A DNA stretch of 63,902 nt, counting the filler, from Octopus bimaculoides (taxonomy: Eukaryota), in assembly GCF_001194135.2 (NCBI RefSeq). It is 6 parts of 6 records of this genome, joined end to end, with 100 filler letters (N's around TTAATTAATTAA, not from the genome) between each part and the next. Parts side by side here need not be neighbours in the genome. Positions count along the whole stretch, not along the records: positions 33,966 to 61,162 come from NC_068981.1; positions 61,263 to 62,797 come from NC_068986.1; positions 62,898 to 63,902 come from NC_069009.1; 3 more parts are not named here. One strand, given 5' to 3'. Every line of letters starts with the position of its first letter. The first letter of the stretch is position 1. Under the pieces are notes generated by a model, which saw only the letters and a list, made by a program, of their open reading frames with translations, was not told the DNA's origin and ran no database searches. Made by a program: the position numbers and the translations under genes. Positions 51,706-63,902 of the stretch are shown here, in pieces.

Positions 51706-52249
51706 TGATGAATTGCTCCTATTCCTTCAACACACATGATTCATGAATTTAAAACAATAAATATAAAGACTTTATATCAAGTATGATGCCAGCCTCTGCT
51801 CAATAGATGCCTACCTCCTTTTCTCCTCAATTTGAGGCAATGAAGTAAAGACTAGTCATTTCTGAACTCCTTTCAATTGACTAATGTTTTAATGTAACCA
51901 TTAAGGGAAATCCAAGGTATAAAGTTATTACCTTTATTTATATGAGTGGGCAAATGAAAGAAAATGGCACTCAACACATTTAATAGAAGTTACATGTATT
52001 ATTTGCTTGGAAACAGGTAAGCATTGCCTACAGGAAGGGTATCTGGCTGTAGAAAATCCGGCTCAGTGACCTTCATGTGAGCATTGGAAAGTGAACGTTA
52101 TAATAATGACGATGATGATGATGGTAATAATAATAACAAACCTTTCATAATCTCTTGGCCCCTTTCTGCACTGGAAGGAATTTGTTTGTGTGTTTATCTC
52201 TGATTTTGTTACCTAAGGCTATCTCTATGTTTGTCTTAGTACAGATACA

Positions 52250-52624
52250 GTTGTTGTTGGCACTCCGTCGCTTACGACGTCGAGGGTTCCAGTTGATCCG
52301 ATCAATGGAACAGCCTGCTCGTGAAATTAACGTGCAAGTGGCAGAGCACTCCACAGACATGTGTACCCTTAACGTAGTTCTCGGGGGTACTCAGTGTGAC
52401 ACAGTGTGACAAGGCTGGCCATTTGAAACACAGGTACAACAGAAACAGGAAGAAAGTTGTGGTGAAAAAGTACAGCAGGGTTCGCCACCATCCCCTGCTG
52501 GAGCCTCGTGGAGCTTTAGGTGTTTTCGCTCAATAAACACTCACAACGCCTGGTCTGGGAATCGAAACCGCGATCCTATGACCACGAGTTCGCTGCCCTA
52601 ACCACTGGGCCATTGCGCCTCCAC
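52250..52624 (-). mobile_element. Young full-length tRNA-derived SINE family D with a 12-bp TSD
   Basis: Minus-strand head ggaggcgcaatggcccagtggttaggg...ggtttcgattccc; (CAA)n tail; agtacagataca at 52238-49 and 52625-36. Confidence 0.9.
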
Positions 52625-54565
52625 AGTACAGATACACTATAGAAATAAATTGTGAAACTTTAGTGGTAAACTATTTTGAGTTGGTTTCATAATGGTATCC
52701 AAGTGAAACAGATTGGTAGACCAAGAAATATTTGCTGTAATACACATATATTTGCTAATAAATAACATAGTGATATATGAGGAAGGTTGATTTTTAGACT
52801 AACAAATCTGAAATACTGCATTTTAATTCTGTGTTGTCTAATGACTAGACTTAATCTCCTGGCCAGTTTAACACTACCACGACATGGTCCCTAGGGCCTT
52901 TGGAGGAGTCAACACTTTTGCAAACATCAAACCAAGTCTAAGGGGTGGGGATTATTGCCTCTGATCAGTTGCAAAGGCCTTGAAAAGAGTCATGGAGCTT
53001 TACCCTTCCCACCCTGATTAAATCAAAAAATTTTTTTAGACAGCAAAACTATATTAACTTTTTGTTACCATACATTTTTTGAAATACAATGCATTGCTTC
53101 AAATAATTTTGAAAATAATGAAGAATTTAATGAAATAATTTTGGCATTATTAAGCTGATGTTTGGAACATGAATTAACATGAAATTTTAATGGCAGGTTT
53201 TAATTTTGATCGGTTTAAAGCAAGAGGTTTATATTACAGGGCCTGGGACTGTTTCAGGTGGGTTGAAATCAAAATGGTTACAGATGCTTGATTTAGTTTC
53301 TATAACATCTTTTCCAAATTAGGCCAAAAAGGTCCATAAAGCCAGTGGTTAATTCCAGTTTCTGTAATGTTAAATGAATGAATGAGAGATAAAAGCTTCT
53401 GGATGGAAAGCTAGCATTCCACAAGTAACTTTCCCAGAGTAACTTGGTATCTGGTTACCATATCTAGATGAACTAATGGCAAATGTACAGAAGCACAAAC
53501 ATTTTCAATAAATCAGAACTCACAACCTCATGAGTACACAGTCTATATGGCCATTTTTCTGTTAGAATTGGTTTGTTATGGAGCCATAGGAAAGATAATG
53601 GAGATGATGATTTTTCTGTAGGTTCAAGACTACATAGGCAAATATAGGCCCCTAACATATCCCTTGTAATAACCCCTACTAATAGATGAGATCTAACACT
53701 AAAATGAGATTGACATACAAAATCCCTTAGCCACCTACTTATGTGATAGTCACAACATGTGGCATCAAAGAATGAACAGACCAACAAAGGTGCCTCTGAG
53801 TGGTTACTTGATTTAGAAATAGCAGTCAAATCTCCCTCAAAGTGCACCCTACTGCCTTAAAAGGAAGGACACATTGGGTAACGTGGTCTAAAAACAAAAT
53901 AGTTATGTTATAACTGGAATATCTTTGATCATATTCATGGCTGATCTTATCCTGAACAACAACAGCAACAACAACAACTATTAATGAACCTAACAATACA
54001 CACACATATCTACAAGTAATAGATGTGTTGTATTTGTGGGGGATGAGGTGTGAAGTTGTTGTTTTTACATATCATTGAAAGAAGTAAAACTTATTGCCAG
54101 GTGGGAGCTAACAAAGGCATTGGCTGTGGTGGCGGATGGGATAGTCACTGTAGCCAACACTTTGGAAGTCTAGTTGCTATAGAAAAAGAATGAGTTTGTG
54201 CATGCACATACACACTCATGTACACACACACACATGCATACGTATATAAACATACACATTTTAAAAATTTTTATCTCTAATCCTCACTCTAGATATTCAC
54301 ACACTCACACATGCACATCTCTCTCTTTCTCTCTTTTTCGTTCTCTCTCTCTCTCTCTTTCTTTCTCTCTCTCTCCCTTTTTTGCCTTTCATGCACACTG
54401 TTTCATATTCTCATACTGACCCACATACACTCTCTCCAAACCATTTCTCTTGTGTTTGACATAAAGTATGCAGTATAGAGCTGTAGAGGCCCTATATTCT
54501 AGATATATTTTTCACACATTTGAAATAGAAAAAGTAAAACTTGTTGCAATAATAATCACCACCAA

Positions 54566-54598
<33 letters not shown>

Positions 54599-54601
54599 TA
54601 T

Positions 54602-55070
54602 TAAGGTGGCGAGCTGGCAGAATCATTAGCATGCTGGGCAAAATGTTTAGCACCATTTCATCCATCTTCACATTCTAAGTTCAAATTCCGCTGAAGTCAA
54701 CTTTGCCTTTCATTTTTTGGGGGTTGGTAAAATAAATACCAGTTGAGTACTGGGGTTGACATAATTGACTTAACCCCTTTCCCTGAAATTGCTGGCCTTG
54801 TGCCAAAATTTGAAACCATTATTATTGTTATTATTATTATTATTTTATAAAGGCAGCAAGCTGGCCGAACCATTAGCATGCCAGGCAAAATACTTAGCTG
54901 TATTTTGCCCATCACTATGTTTTGAGTTCAAATTCCACGAAGATCAATTTTGCCTTTCATCCTTTCAGGGTTGATAAATTAAGTACCAGTGAAACACTGG
55001 GGTCAATGTAATTGATTAGTCCCCCCCCCACCCAACATTTCGGGCTTTGTGCCTTTAGTATAAAGGATTA
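54602..55070 (+). mobile_element. Two tandem SINE family A copies joined by (ATT)n
   Basis: aaggtggcgagctggcagaatc... and aaggcagcaagctggccgaacc... heads at ~54602 and ~54850. Confidence 0.85.
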
Positions 55071-55084
55071 TTATTATTATTCGG

Positions 55085-55455
55085 TAGTCTTATTTTTATC
55101 ACGTGCTTTCTCTGCAATACTGAGCACAGCTGTGTGTGCCTTGGGTACGTGTTGTGGTTTGTTGTGATGCTCTTATTTTTCCTGTATTGAAAGTGTTTTA
55201 TGTTGCATGTGTGTGGTGCCTAGTAGTGCTATTTTCTGTATTTTATATATACTTGTAAGTCCTGGTGTTTTTGTTATGTATTTGTCTGAATATTTTTTTA
55301 TCATACCTAATGTGCCTACTATGATAGGAATTGTTTCTGTTTTTAGAGTCCACATTCAAGTTAACTCTATTTCCAGATTTTAGTATTTTGAAAATTTTTC
55401 CATTTCTTGTAGAGAAACACAGAAACTTTCAAAATACAAAGATCTGGTAATTCGA
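55085..55455 (-). mobile_element. 3' end of an R4/Dong-like LINE (RLE endonuclease region)
   Basis: WTLKTETIPIIVGTLGMIKK...IQKIALLGT motif; adjoins (AAT)n tract. Confidence 0.8.
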
Positions 55456-55456
55456 A

Positions 55457-55521
<65 letters not shown>

Positions 55522-56843
55522 GCCTAGTTTCCTTATCTTTGAGTTTGTTGTTAATTCAATCTCTTGTCTGTTATCCAAACAACTTGTTTACTNNNNNNNN
55601 NNNNNNNNNNNNNNNNNNNNNNNNNNNNNNNNNNNNNNNNNNNNNNNNNNNNNNNNNNNNNNNNNNNNNNNNNNNNNNNNNNNNNNNNNNNNNNNNNNNN
55701 NNNNNNNNNNNNNNNNNNNNNNNNNNNNNNNNNNNNNNNNNNNNNNNNNNNNNNNNNNNNNNNNNNNNNNNNNNNNNNNNNNNNNNNNNNNNNNNNNNNN
55801 NNNNNNNNNNNNNNNNNNNNNNNNNNNNNNNNNNNNNNNNNNNNNNNNNNNNNNNNNNNNNNNNNNNNNNNNNNNNNNNNNNNNNNNNNNNNNNNNNNNN
55901 NNNNNNNNNNNNNNNNNNNNNNNNNNNNNNNNNNNNNNNNNNNNNNNNNNNNNNNNNNNNNNNNNNNNNNNNNNNNNNNNNNNNNNNNNNNNNNNNNNNN
56001 NNNNNNNNNNNNNNNNNNNNNNNNNNNNNNNNNNNNNNNNNNNNNNNNNNNNNNNNNNNNNNNNNNNNNNNNNNNNNNNNNNNNNNNNNNNNNNNNNNNN
56101 NNNNNNNNNNNNNNNNNNNNNNNNNNNNNNNNNNNNNNNNNNNNNNNNNNNNNNNNNNNNNNNNNNNNNNNNNNNNNNNNNNNNNNNNNNNNNNNNNNNN
56201 NNNNNNNNNNNNNNNNNNNNNNNNNNNNNNNNNNNNNNNNNNNNNNNNNNNNNNNNNNNNNNNNNNNNNNNNNNNNNNNNNNNNNNNNNNNNNNNNNNNN
56301 NNNNNNNNNNNNNNNNATATATATATATATATATATATAGCATGATAGATTGTATAGTTATGCAGATCCAGGTATTTGCATGTTATCAGATTTGTCAATG
56401 CTGATAGTTTATCATTAAATATCCTTTCCTAGTCTTGTACATTATCATCATCTTACAAATATATATTTTTGTATATTATCCACCATTAAATACTGCCATG
56501 ATTGGAAGTATACTTGAGCTTATTCTGATGTCTTTAAATGTTTAGCAGTGGATAAGACACTATCCCACATGCTGACAGTTTTCCTCATGATCAGATTTTA
56601 AATCCTTGAAGGCAAGCTAATGAAATATTCATTGGTTATTCTGCATCTTCTGCTGCAGCATATAAATGATGAGCTGTATTTTATTCCAATCAACTGGGTG
56701 GCTATTTGCAGCATCAGAGAATGCTCTATTCATTTTTTTCCTATATCAGAGATGATGAATTTTCATCTGAGCATGTGGCTGGCTGCAAGTACATGCTATT
56801 GGAAAGGCCTGATGCTATTGCTGGCCACTGCCAGCACAAATTT

Positions 56844-56889
<46 letters not shown>

Positions 56890-56964
56890 NNNNNNNNNNN
56901 NNNNNNNNNNNNNNNNNNNNNNNNNNNNNNNNNNNNNNNNNNNNNNNNNNNNNNNNNNNNNNNN

Positions 56965-57013
<49 letters not shown>

Positions 57014-57244
57014 GTTATTACTTTTAACAAAGTAAATCCATAAGAGATGTTTCCTCAGGATAAATACTGAATGCTATTAATTTGACTAAAATTGTCCAAG
57101 GTGTTGCCCCAGCATAGCCACAGTCTAATGACTGAAATAAGTAAAAGGTAAAAAAAAGAAAAAAGACTTAATGTATACATGGGCACAGATGTGACTGTGT
57201 TGTAAGAAACTTGCTTCTCAACCACCTTTTGACAGTACTCTTAT

Positions 57245-58055
57245 ACTTCTTTCAGTCATTTGACTGCGGCCATGCTGGAGCACTGCCTTAAAGGGTTTTA
57301 GTTGAAGAAATCAACCCCAGGACTTATTCTTTGTAAGCCTAGTACTTATTCTATCGGTCTCTTTTGTGGAACCACTAAGTTATGGGGACATAAACACACC
57401 AAAATCAGTTGTCAAGCAATGACAGAGGAAAGGGGAAAAACACAGACACACATACATATAAATACACACACATCACACACACACATATATGATGGGATTC
57501 TTTCAGTTTCCATCTACCAAATCCACTCATAAAGCTTTGGTCGGCCTGAGGCTATAGCAGAAGACACTTGTTCAAGGTGCCACACAGTGGGACTGAACCC
57601 GGAACCATGTGGTTGAGAAGCAAGTCTTTTATAACACAGCCACACCTGTACCCATGTATACTTTGTCTTTTTTTTTTATATTTCTTACTTATTTCAGTCG
57701 TTAGACTTTAACCATGCTGGGGCAACACCTTGAACAATTTTAGTCAAATTAATTGACCCCAGTACTTATTTTTTGTTAAGCCTGGTACTTATTTTATCAG
57801 TCTCTCTTGCTGAACCGCTAAGTTACAGAGACATAAACACACCAACATAACCAGTTGTCAAGGAGTGGTGAGAGGACAAACACACATATACAACAGGCTT
57901 CTTTCAGTTTCCATCTACCAAATCCACTCACAAGGTTTTGCTCAGCCCAAGGCTATAAACAGTAAGCATTTGCCCGAGGTGCCATGCAGTGGGGTTGAAT
58001 CCAGAATCATGTGGATGAGAAGCAAGCTTCTTACTACACAGCCATGCCTGTGCCT
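57245..58055 (-). mobile_element. Two tandem SINE family B copies (~57245-57655, 57690-58055)
   Basis: Reverse complement of the 47255 copy modules. Confidence 0.8.
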
Positions 58056-60334
58056 AATCCTAGATCAACTTGTTGATCTAGGGTTGAATGATATGCTAAC
58101 ATTTCAGTTGTTATTCCCTGGTGGATTTAGGAGCATCTAGGACCACATTATCTAATGTTCTTTTCCCTTTCATTGAAGACAGTAATGAGTGAATTAAGGG
58201 AAACTTGGCTGCTCTTTCTAGCTGTGCATAAAAGCTACATGTGATAGATTACCATTTTATCCAGTTGAAGATATGTTTCGTATCATTCTAATAATGCTCC
58301 AGAAACTGGAGATAGTACAAACTCTGTGGCTCCTTGAGATTTGGGGGAAAAGGATATTTTCTCATGGTACTAGAAGAATTGTTACAATGGTAAAAATGCT
58401 AAACTGCTGCTTGTTGTTGATTGTTCTTTAGTTCTACCTACTAATAAAGTCAGCATAATCATTTATTCATTATAATTTATTGAGATTGATTAATGAAATG
58501 AGTGCCTGCTCAACTGCAAAGATGGACATTGTAACTAAGCTATGAGAAGCTGGATTGCTTAAGAAATTAGCTTTGCAGCCACAAAGATTTGGTCTTTGAT
58601 TGTCTTCAACAATAGTTAAAGTAGATCAAAGTTTTGTGAGTGGTATTTATCAATCAAATATTGTACAAGAAGTCTATCGAATGCATGTATGGTTATCTGT
58701 GTGTGTGTGTGTGTGTGTATGTGTATCTTTAAAGAAACACTAACAGGCTATCTTAAAGTTAGTGATATAGGGAGACATGTATTTTATCATAGAGTGATCA
58801 TTTAGCATATATTTTTGCACAAGAGTAATAAAAGAAAATATAAAATACGCCTAAATAAGGTAGACAGAGGAATAAATGATAGAAATGGCTGAGGATCAAT
58901 GATGAAGAGGATTATTTTATGATAACAATTTTTATTTAGTTCCCAGTCACTCAAGATTGATGTTTAGAGGGCTTTCCTCATTTATCTGCTCAGTGTGTGT
59001 GTGTGTGTAAATACTAAGGCACCACACTGGGATTGAATGTAGAACTGTGATGAAACAACTGGGTTTTTTTTTCTCTACCCATACACCCAGTATTCATATA
59101 TATTGATATTTACATGTATGTTTACTAATATTTGAGAGAGAGAGAGAAAAGCAAAATAGTGTTAGAGAGACAGCATACAATAGTGAGGGAGAGGTAGTAA
59201 AATAGTGAAAGTGAGAGTGTGTGAGTGGGTGTGAAAATGAAATAGAATGGAAGCTTTAATTATTGGACGGTTGTTGTTTTGGTTCAGGCCAACCCAGACC
59301 AAGCAGAGCTATAATGAAAGGTATCCCATCCAATCATTTTTAGTATGTGCCAACTACATTATCTAACAAGTCCTTTTATAAGGCAGCAAAGTGCAAATCA
59401 ATGAAAATTTGGCTGGTGTTCCTTAGAAATCAAATATGAGCGTAGGTCTGCTTTGCTTAGGTTTGATATTAGACTAAATAACAACTCAAACTATAAGGAT
59501 GGTTGAACATCAAAGTAACAGACATGTGCTCAGAAACTGTCTCTTACCACTAACTTCCTTTGTGTGTGGGTGCATGAATGTTAGTATGAGTGTGTGTATG
59601 CCGTGTGTTTGTTTTCATCAAAGTGTATTCATACATACATACATACATACATACATACATACACATGCACGAGCATATATATGCGTATTCTCTCTCTCTC
59701 TGTTTACATGTATGTTTGCCTCCAGCGACATCAGTGGCATTTTGCAGTTAAAGGAAGTCTGCACATATACAAAAGACAAAAACAATTTTTTTCAATTAAG
59801 TGTAATATATATATATACTGTATATCAAGTGTGGGATGGTAAAAGAAAAAGTGTGTTGAATGAAAGTGCAATATTCTAAATCTCTTAGCAGAGATGCCCT
59901 GCATTGCATGGGATTAAAATGGCATAGTTTGGAGTATTTTAGGCCCTAACCTGTCATGGAAAATTGGGGGTATGTGATTTTTGAATGCACTGAAAAGCTG
60001 TCAGTGGGTTACTGTCTTTCGTTGCAGTTGGCACTGCATCTAACGTGAACCATTGTATGGTTGACAGTCGAATGAATGTAGGAGTAATGGAGATATTGTA
60101 TGTAAATGGGTACATTCCAGAAAGGGGCTGCAACAGGGAAGTGAACTTTTGAAATATTGTAGAAAGCAAAGGGTTGACATTGGATTTCTGGTGTGGCTGT
60201 AGAATAAGAAACATAAACTGAGCCAATGCAATCACATGAGAATGCATAATAATGGATTACCTGAAAAAATAAGGCATAGGCCTACCACATGGTTGGTGGG
60301 AGTAATTGGAGAATATGTTTTGATATTGAAGTCC

Positions 60335-60906
60335 ATGCAGGAAACTGCTTTGTTGGTGCAGTCTTCAGGTTTGTTGGTATTATGCTGAAATGGTATCCAT
60401 CTTCACCATTCACAAAGAGCAGTGGATATTGGAGCACATCATAGAATGTAGTAATTCCTACAAAACCTCTTGGTAAATAATATTCTTTGTTTTCCCTTGT
60501 GGAACAAATGCAAATAGATTTTTTTTTTGCTTCCCAATCTAGAGCAGCCAACATATAATTGCCTGTGTGAGAAGCATGACTCTTCCAAGTGAAGTCCTAC
60601 CACAGACGATGTTTGACCATGAGATTTATTGATAGACATTGTGAAGCTGATATGAATAAGAAATTGTACTTTTCTGAATGAAAAAGGAATTTTGGCTCCC
60701 GATGGAATGAGAGTAATCATGGATATGAAAACATCCTCACCTTTTCCACATCCAGAGAGAGCGGTAACCTCAATAACATGTAGAAACATCTTTACCACCA
60801 GGCGTGTCCCATTGCAAAGTGTTGGCAGATCCAAATTCCACAATAATATTACTGGAATTCCCACCTTAAGTTCCAATCTGTAGGGAGGTAGTCCTGGAGG
60901 CTCCAA
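60335..60906 (-). mobile_element. Helitron relic: PIF1-type helicase C-terminus followed by a Rep-region fragment
   Basis: PPGLPP..LELKVG..VILL.NL...LCNGTRL...QF.....F.MSINKS.GQT...CFSH.QLYVGCSR; after a +/-1 shift KNIIYQEVL* (stop 60458-60); then YDVLQYPLLF..GEDGYHF...K.VSCMDF. Confidence 0.88.
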
Positions 60907-61111
60907 TAAATTGGGAAATTTTTATTTCTTTATTGCACACAAAGGGCTAAACATAGAGGGGACAAACAAGGACAGACAAAGGGATTAAGTCAATTACATC
61001 GACCCCCAGTGCGTAACCGGTACTTAATTTATCGACCCCGAAAGGATGAAAGGCAAAGTCAATCTTGGCGGAATTTGAACTCAGAAGATATAAGATATAT
61101 ATATATTTATA

Positions 61112-61152
<41 letters not shown>

Positions 61153-61262
61153 TATATAATATNNNNNNNNNNNNNNNNNNNNNNNNNNNNNNNNNNNNNN
61201 NNNNNNTTAATTAATTAANNNNNNNNNNNNNNNNNNNNNNNNNNNNNNNNNNNNNNNNNNNN

Positions 61263-61293
<31 letters not shown>

Positions 61294-61735
61294 ATATGTA
61301 TAAATGTGTGTATATATGTATGTGTGTGCATGTGTGTGTATGTATGTATGTATGTGCACCCCAGCATGGCCACAACCAGTTGACTGAAATAAGTCAAAGA
61401 TAAAAGTAACAGATATACCAAAACGTACGTATGCATGTATACATATATACATACATATATATATATATGTGTGTGTGTACGTGTGTGTATGTGTCGTGTG
61501 CATATATGTGTGTGTGCATGTGTGTGTGTTCATGTGTGTGTGTGTGTGTGTGAGTGTATGTGTGTATGTGTGCATGTGTGTGTGCATGTGTGTGTATTTG
61601 TGTGTATGTGTGTGTATGTGTGCATACATGTGTGTGCCTGTGTGCATGCATGTATGTGTGTGCATTTATGAGTGTGTACACATGTGTTTGTGTGTGTGAG
61701 AGAGTGAGTGTGTGTATGTTTGTGTGTGTGTTTAT
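61263..61735. repeat. Mosaic (TA)/(TG)/(CATG) low-complexity satellite
   Basis: Direct reading; source of the HT/CV-rich ORFs. Confidence 0.9.
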
Positions 61736-62897
61736 ACAGTCAACTTACTTCAGCAATGTTGAGAGATATCATATTTTATCAGCTCATAAATGCCACACAC
61801 CATCAGCATATAAGAATATACTGTGAATATTATCAAGAGAGGGAAAATGAGCCTGGATGCAGGAATTTTATTCTCAGTTAAATCACCTTCTCTTTATTCC
61901 CTCCTTCAATACATGAATACAAATTTGCATCAAGTAATCTGTCTTCTGAAGACAAAGAAGCCCTGTCCAGGTTAACTTGCTCTCAACACGCTATTCAAAG
62001 ATGAAGCCTTTGACAGTGAATCAGCCAACAACCATTAAGATTAAGAGGTATTTTTCATATCATACCATATTCTGTGATATTGTGATATGCAGCATTCCAA
62101 TAAAAGTAGTATCACATAATGTCCTATATGATATCATATGAATTACATCACTGGAAATATTGACCTCTAACATAAGTACGAGGCCTTAAACTTAGTGAAT
62201 GAGTACAGATAGTTTAATCAGTAATTTTCAAACTGACAAATGCCATCTTCATCCTATCCTGCCAAAATATTAGGGAGACAAGGGCCCGGGAACAGGGGGT
62301 GCAGCGGGTGCACCTGCACCCCCTAGAATTTTCAGGGGGTGCAAGATCAAAATTTGCACCCCCTACATAATCTTACCAGTTTCAGAAAAAAAGTGTCTAA
62401 AATCTATCGGTATAAAATGTTTATTTCGATCTCGTTTCAAAACAAAGAAAAAAATAAATAAATAAATAAAAGTGATGAAGCTGGCATAAAATTCCCTAGG
62501 GAGTTTAGGACCACTAATTTCTGAAGGAAAGTACCGTCAAAATACAAAAAATAAGTGACAATAACAGCAGTAGCAGCAACAATAACAACAACAAAACCAG
62601 CATGTATAGTTAATTTTGAATATATAGCATTACTTGAATTATTGAAGACAGCTCCCACCCAGTTTCTGTCTGTCAATACTTCTCTCCATCTTTCAGAACC
62701 ACTCCCAAATTCTTTGTAATTGGTGTTGCTAAAGACTTAAAACATGGTTGAATGGGTTCGACCGTTTGACCCCAGTCTAAAAATAAAACCCCTTCAANNN
62801 NNNNNNNNNNNNNNNNNNNNNNNNNNNNNNNNNNNNNNNNNTTAATTAATTAANNNNNNNNNNNNNNNNNNNNNNNNNNNNNNNNNNNNNNNNNNNN

Positions 62898-62932
<35 letters not shown>

Positions 62933-63000
62933 AATATATGTATATGTACACACACATACACACACACACACACTCATATATATATACGTGTATATATATA

Positions 63001-63047
<47 letters not shown>

Positions 63048-63576
63048 ACACATATATACGAACGTAACCGGTGCTGATTGTACGAAAGTAGTTAGCAATG
63101 TTGTTGTTCGTGATTTTTGCCTCCATTAAGATGTTATACAACTCAGAGACAGTCAGACCGACAAACAGACAGATACACTGTGCCAGTCGTTTGCCTTCTC
63201 CATTTTAACAATATTTATACAAGATGATCCGACCGCCATATTGATTTCACTGTTTCATTTCTTTCCAACTTTTTCCTCACATGCCTTTCATACTTCTTTA
63301 ACAAGCCAACGAAGGAACCTTTAAGTCGTCGCTCACTATGCTAGAAAAAGCAGTCAAAGTCTCTCTGTCACTGTCTCTTTCTATGGCTCTCTTTCTCTCC
63401 TAAATCACATCTCGTTGTCTTGAAAATGGGAAGAAAATTATGTAACCAGAACTACTTTGTCTAACATTTTACTGCGTTAAGTCTATTGTTTTTAAGGTAC
63501 CGTAGATATATTCAAGAATACCACAGATTTGCTTGTCACTTGTTTGACCATAACCAGTTGAGCATGTCCCTTAGTG

Positions 63577-63873
63577 TAGGGGTTTTCAAACTGTGGTCCG
63601 CGGACCACAGTGGGTCCGCAAGGACAAGACAGGGGGTCCGTGGACAGCAAATACTTTTTATGGGCAATTTGATTTTATATATATTTTTTAATCGAAATCT
63701 TTTAATTGACAATAAACCTATTTGTTAAATACTGTTAAATAAATAAATGTAAAAATATATGTTATTTTAAGCAAATATTTATGTATAAATTTCATAAGCG
63801 TTTATAAGGGGGTCCCTAAGGTAAAGCCTGAAATATAAAGGGGTCCGCAAGTCAAAAAGTTTGAAAACCCCTG
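63577..63873. mobile_element. hAT MITE, 297 bp, with an internal 22-bp perfect palindrome
   Basis: TIRs (t/c)aggggttttcaaact / agtttgaaaacccctg; TSD ccttagtg / acttagtg (7/8); actgtggtccgcggaccacagt at 63590-63611. Confidence 0.9.
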
Positions 63874-63902
63874 ACTTAGTGGATGATGTTATGTGCATCT
63901 CT

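Noticed and set aside
41830-57030. Long ORFs through N runs (41830-42573, 55539-56398, 56620-57030)
   Set aside because: They read through assembly gaps.
58265-58366. Possible plus-strand 102-nt exon (EDMFRIILIMLQKLEIVQTLWLLEIWGKRIFSH)
   Set aside because: Weak donor, no homology recognised, no partner exons.

Overview
AT-rich, microsatellite- and SINE-laden animal genomic DNA; the repeat landscape looks like an Octopus assembly (inference, not tested). The only well-supported gene is an eIF4G-family gene on the minus strand. I traced 11 consecutive GT-AG exons (15082 to 751) that splice in phase into an intact ~517-aa C-terminal half: linker, MA3 (HEAT-2), W2 (HEAT-3), stop. The protein looks divergent, with both W2 AA-boxes eroded. 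I found no MIF4G, eIF4E-binding or PABP-binding exons in the remaining 48 kb upstream. A possible ATG-bearing exon (15454-15534) and a CpG-rich promoter-like zone (~17.2-17.6 kb) lie just upstream, so this may be an N-terminally truncated eIF4G paralogue. The main caveat is an artificial 100-nt assembly spacer at 15338-15437 that could hide the missing exons. The rest is mostly repeats: a full-length decayed hAT transposon with an 8-bp TSD, three mariner relics, RTE, R4/Dong-like and Penelope retroelement relics, a rearranged Helitron fragment, several MITEs, at least four tRNA-type SINE architectures (some in tandem arrays) and a 108-nt hairpin. All alignments were made by eye from remembered consensus sequences; no searches were run.
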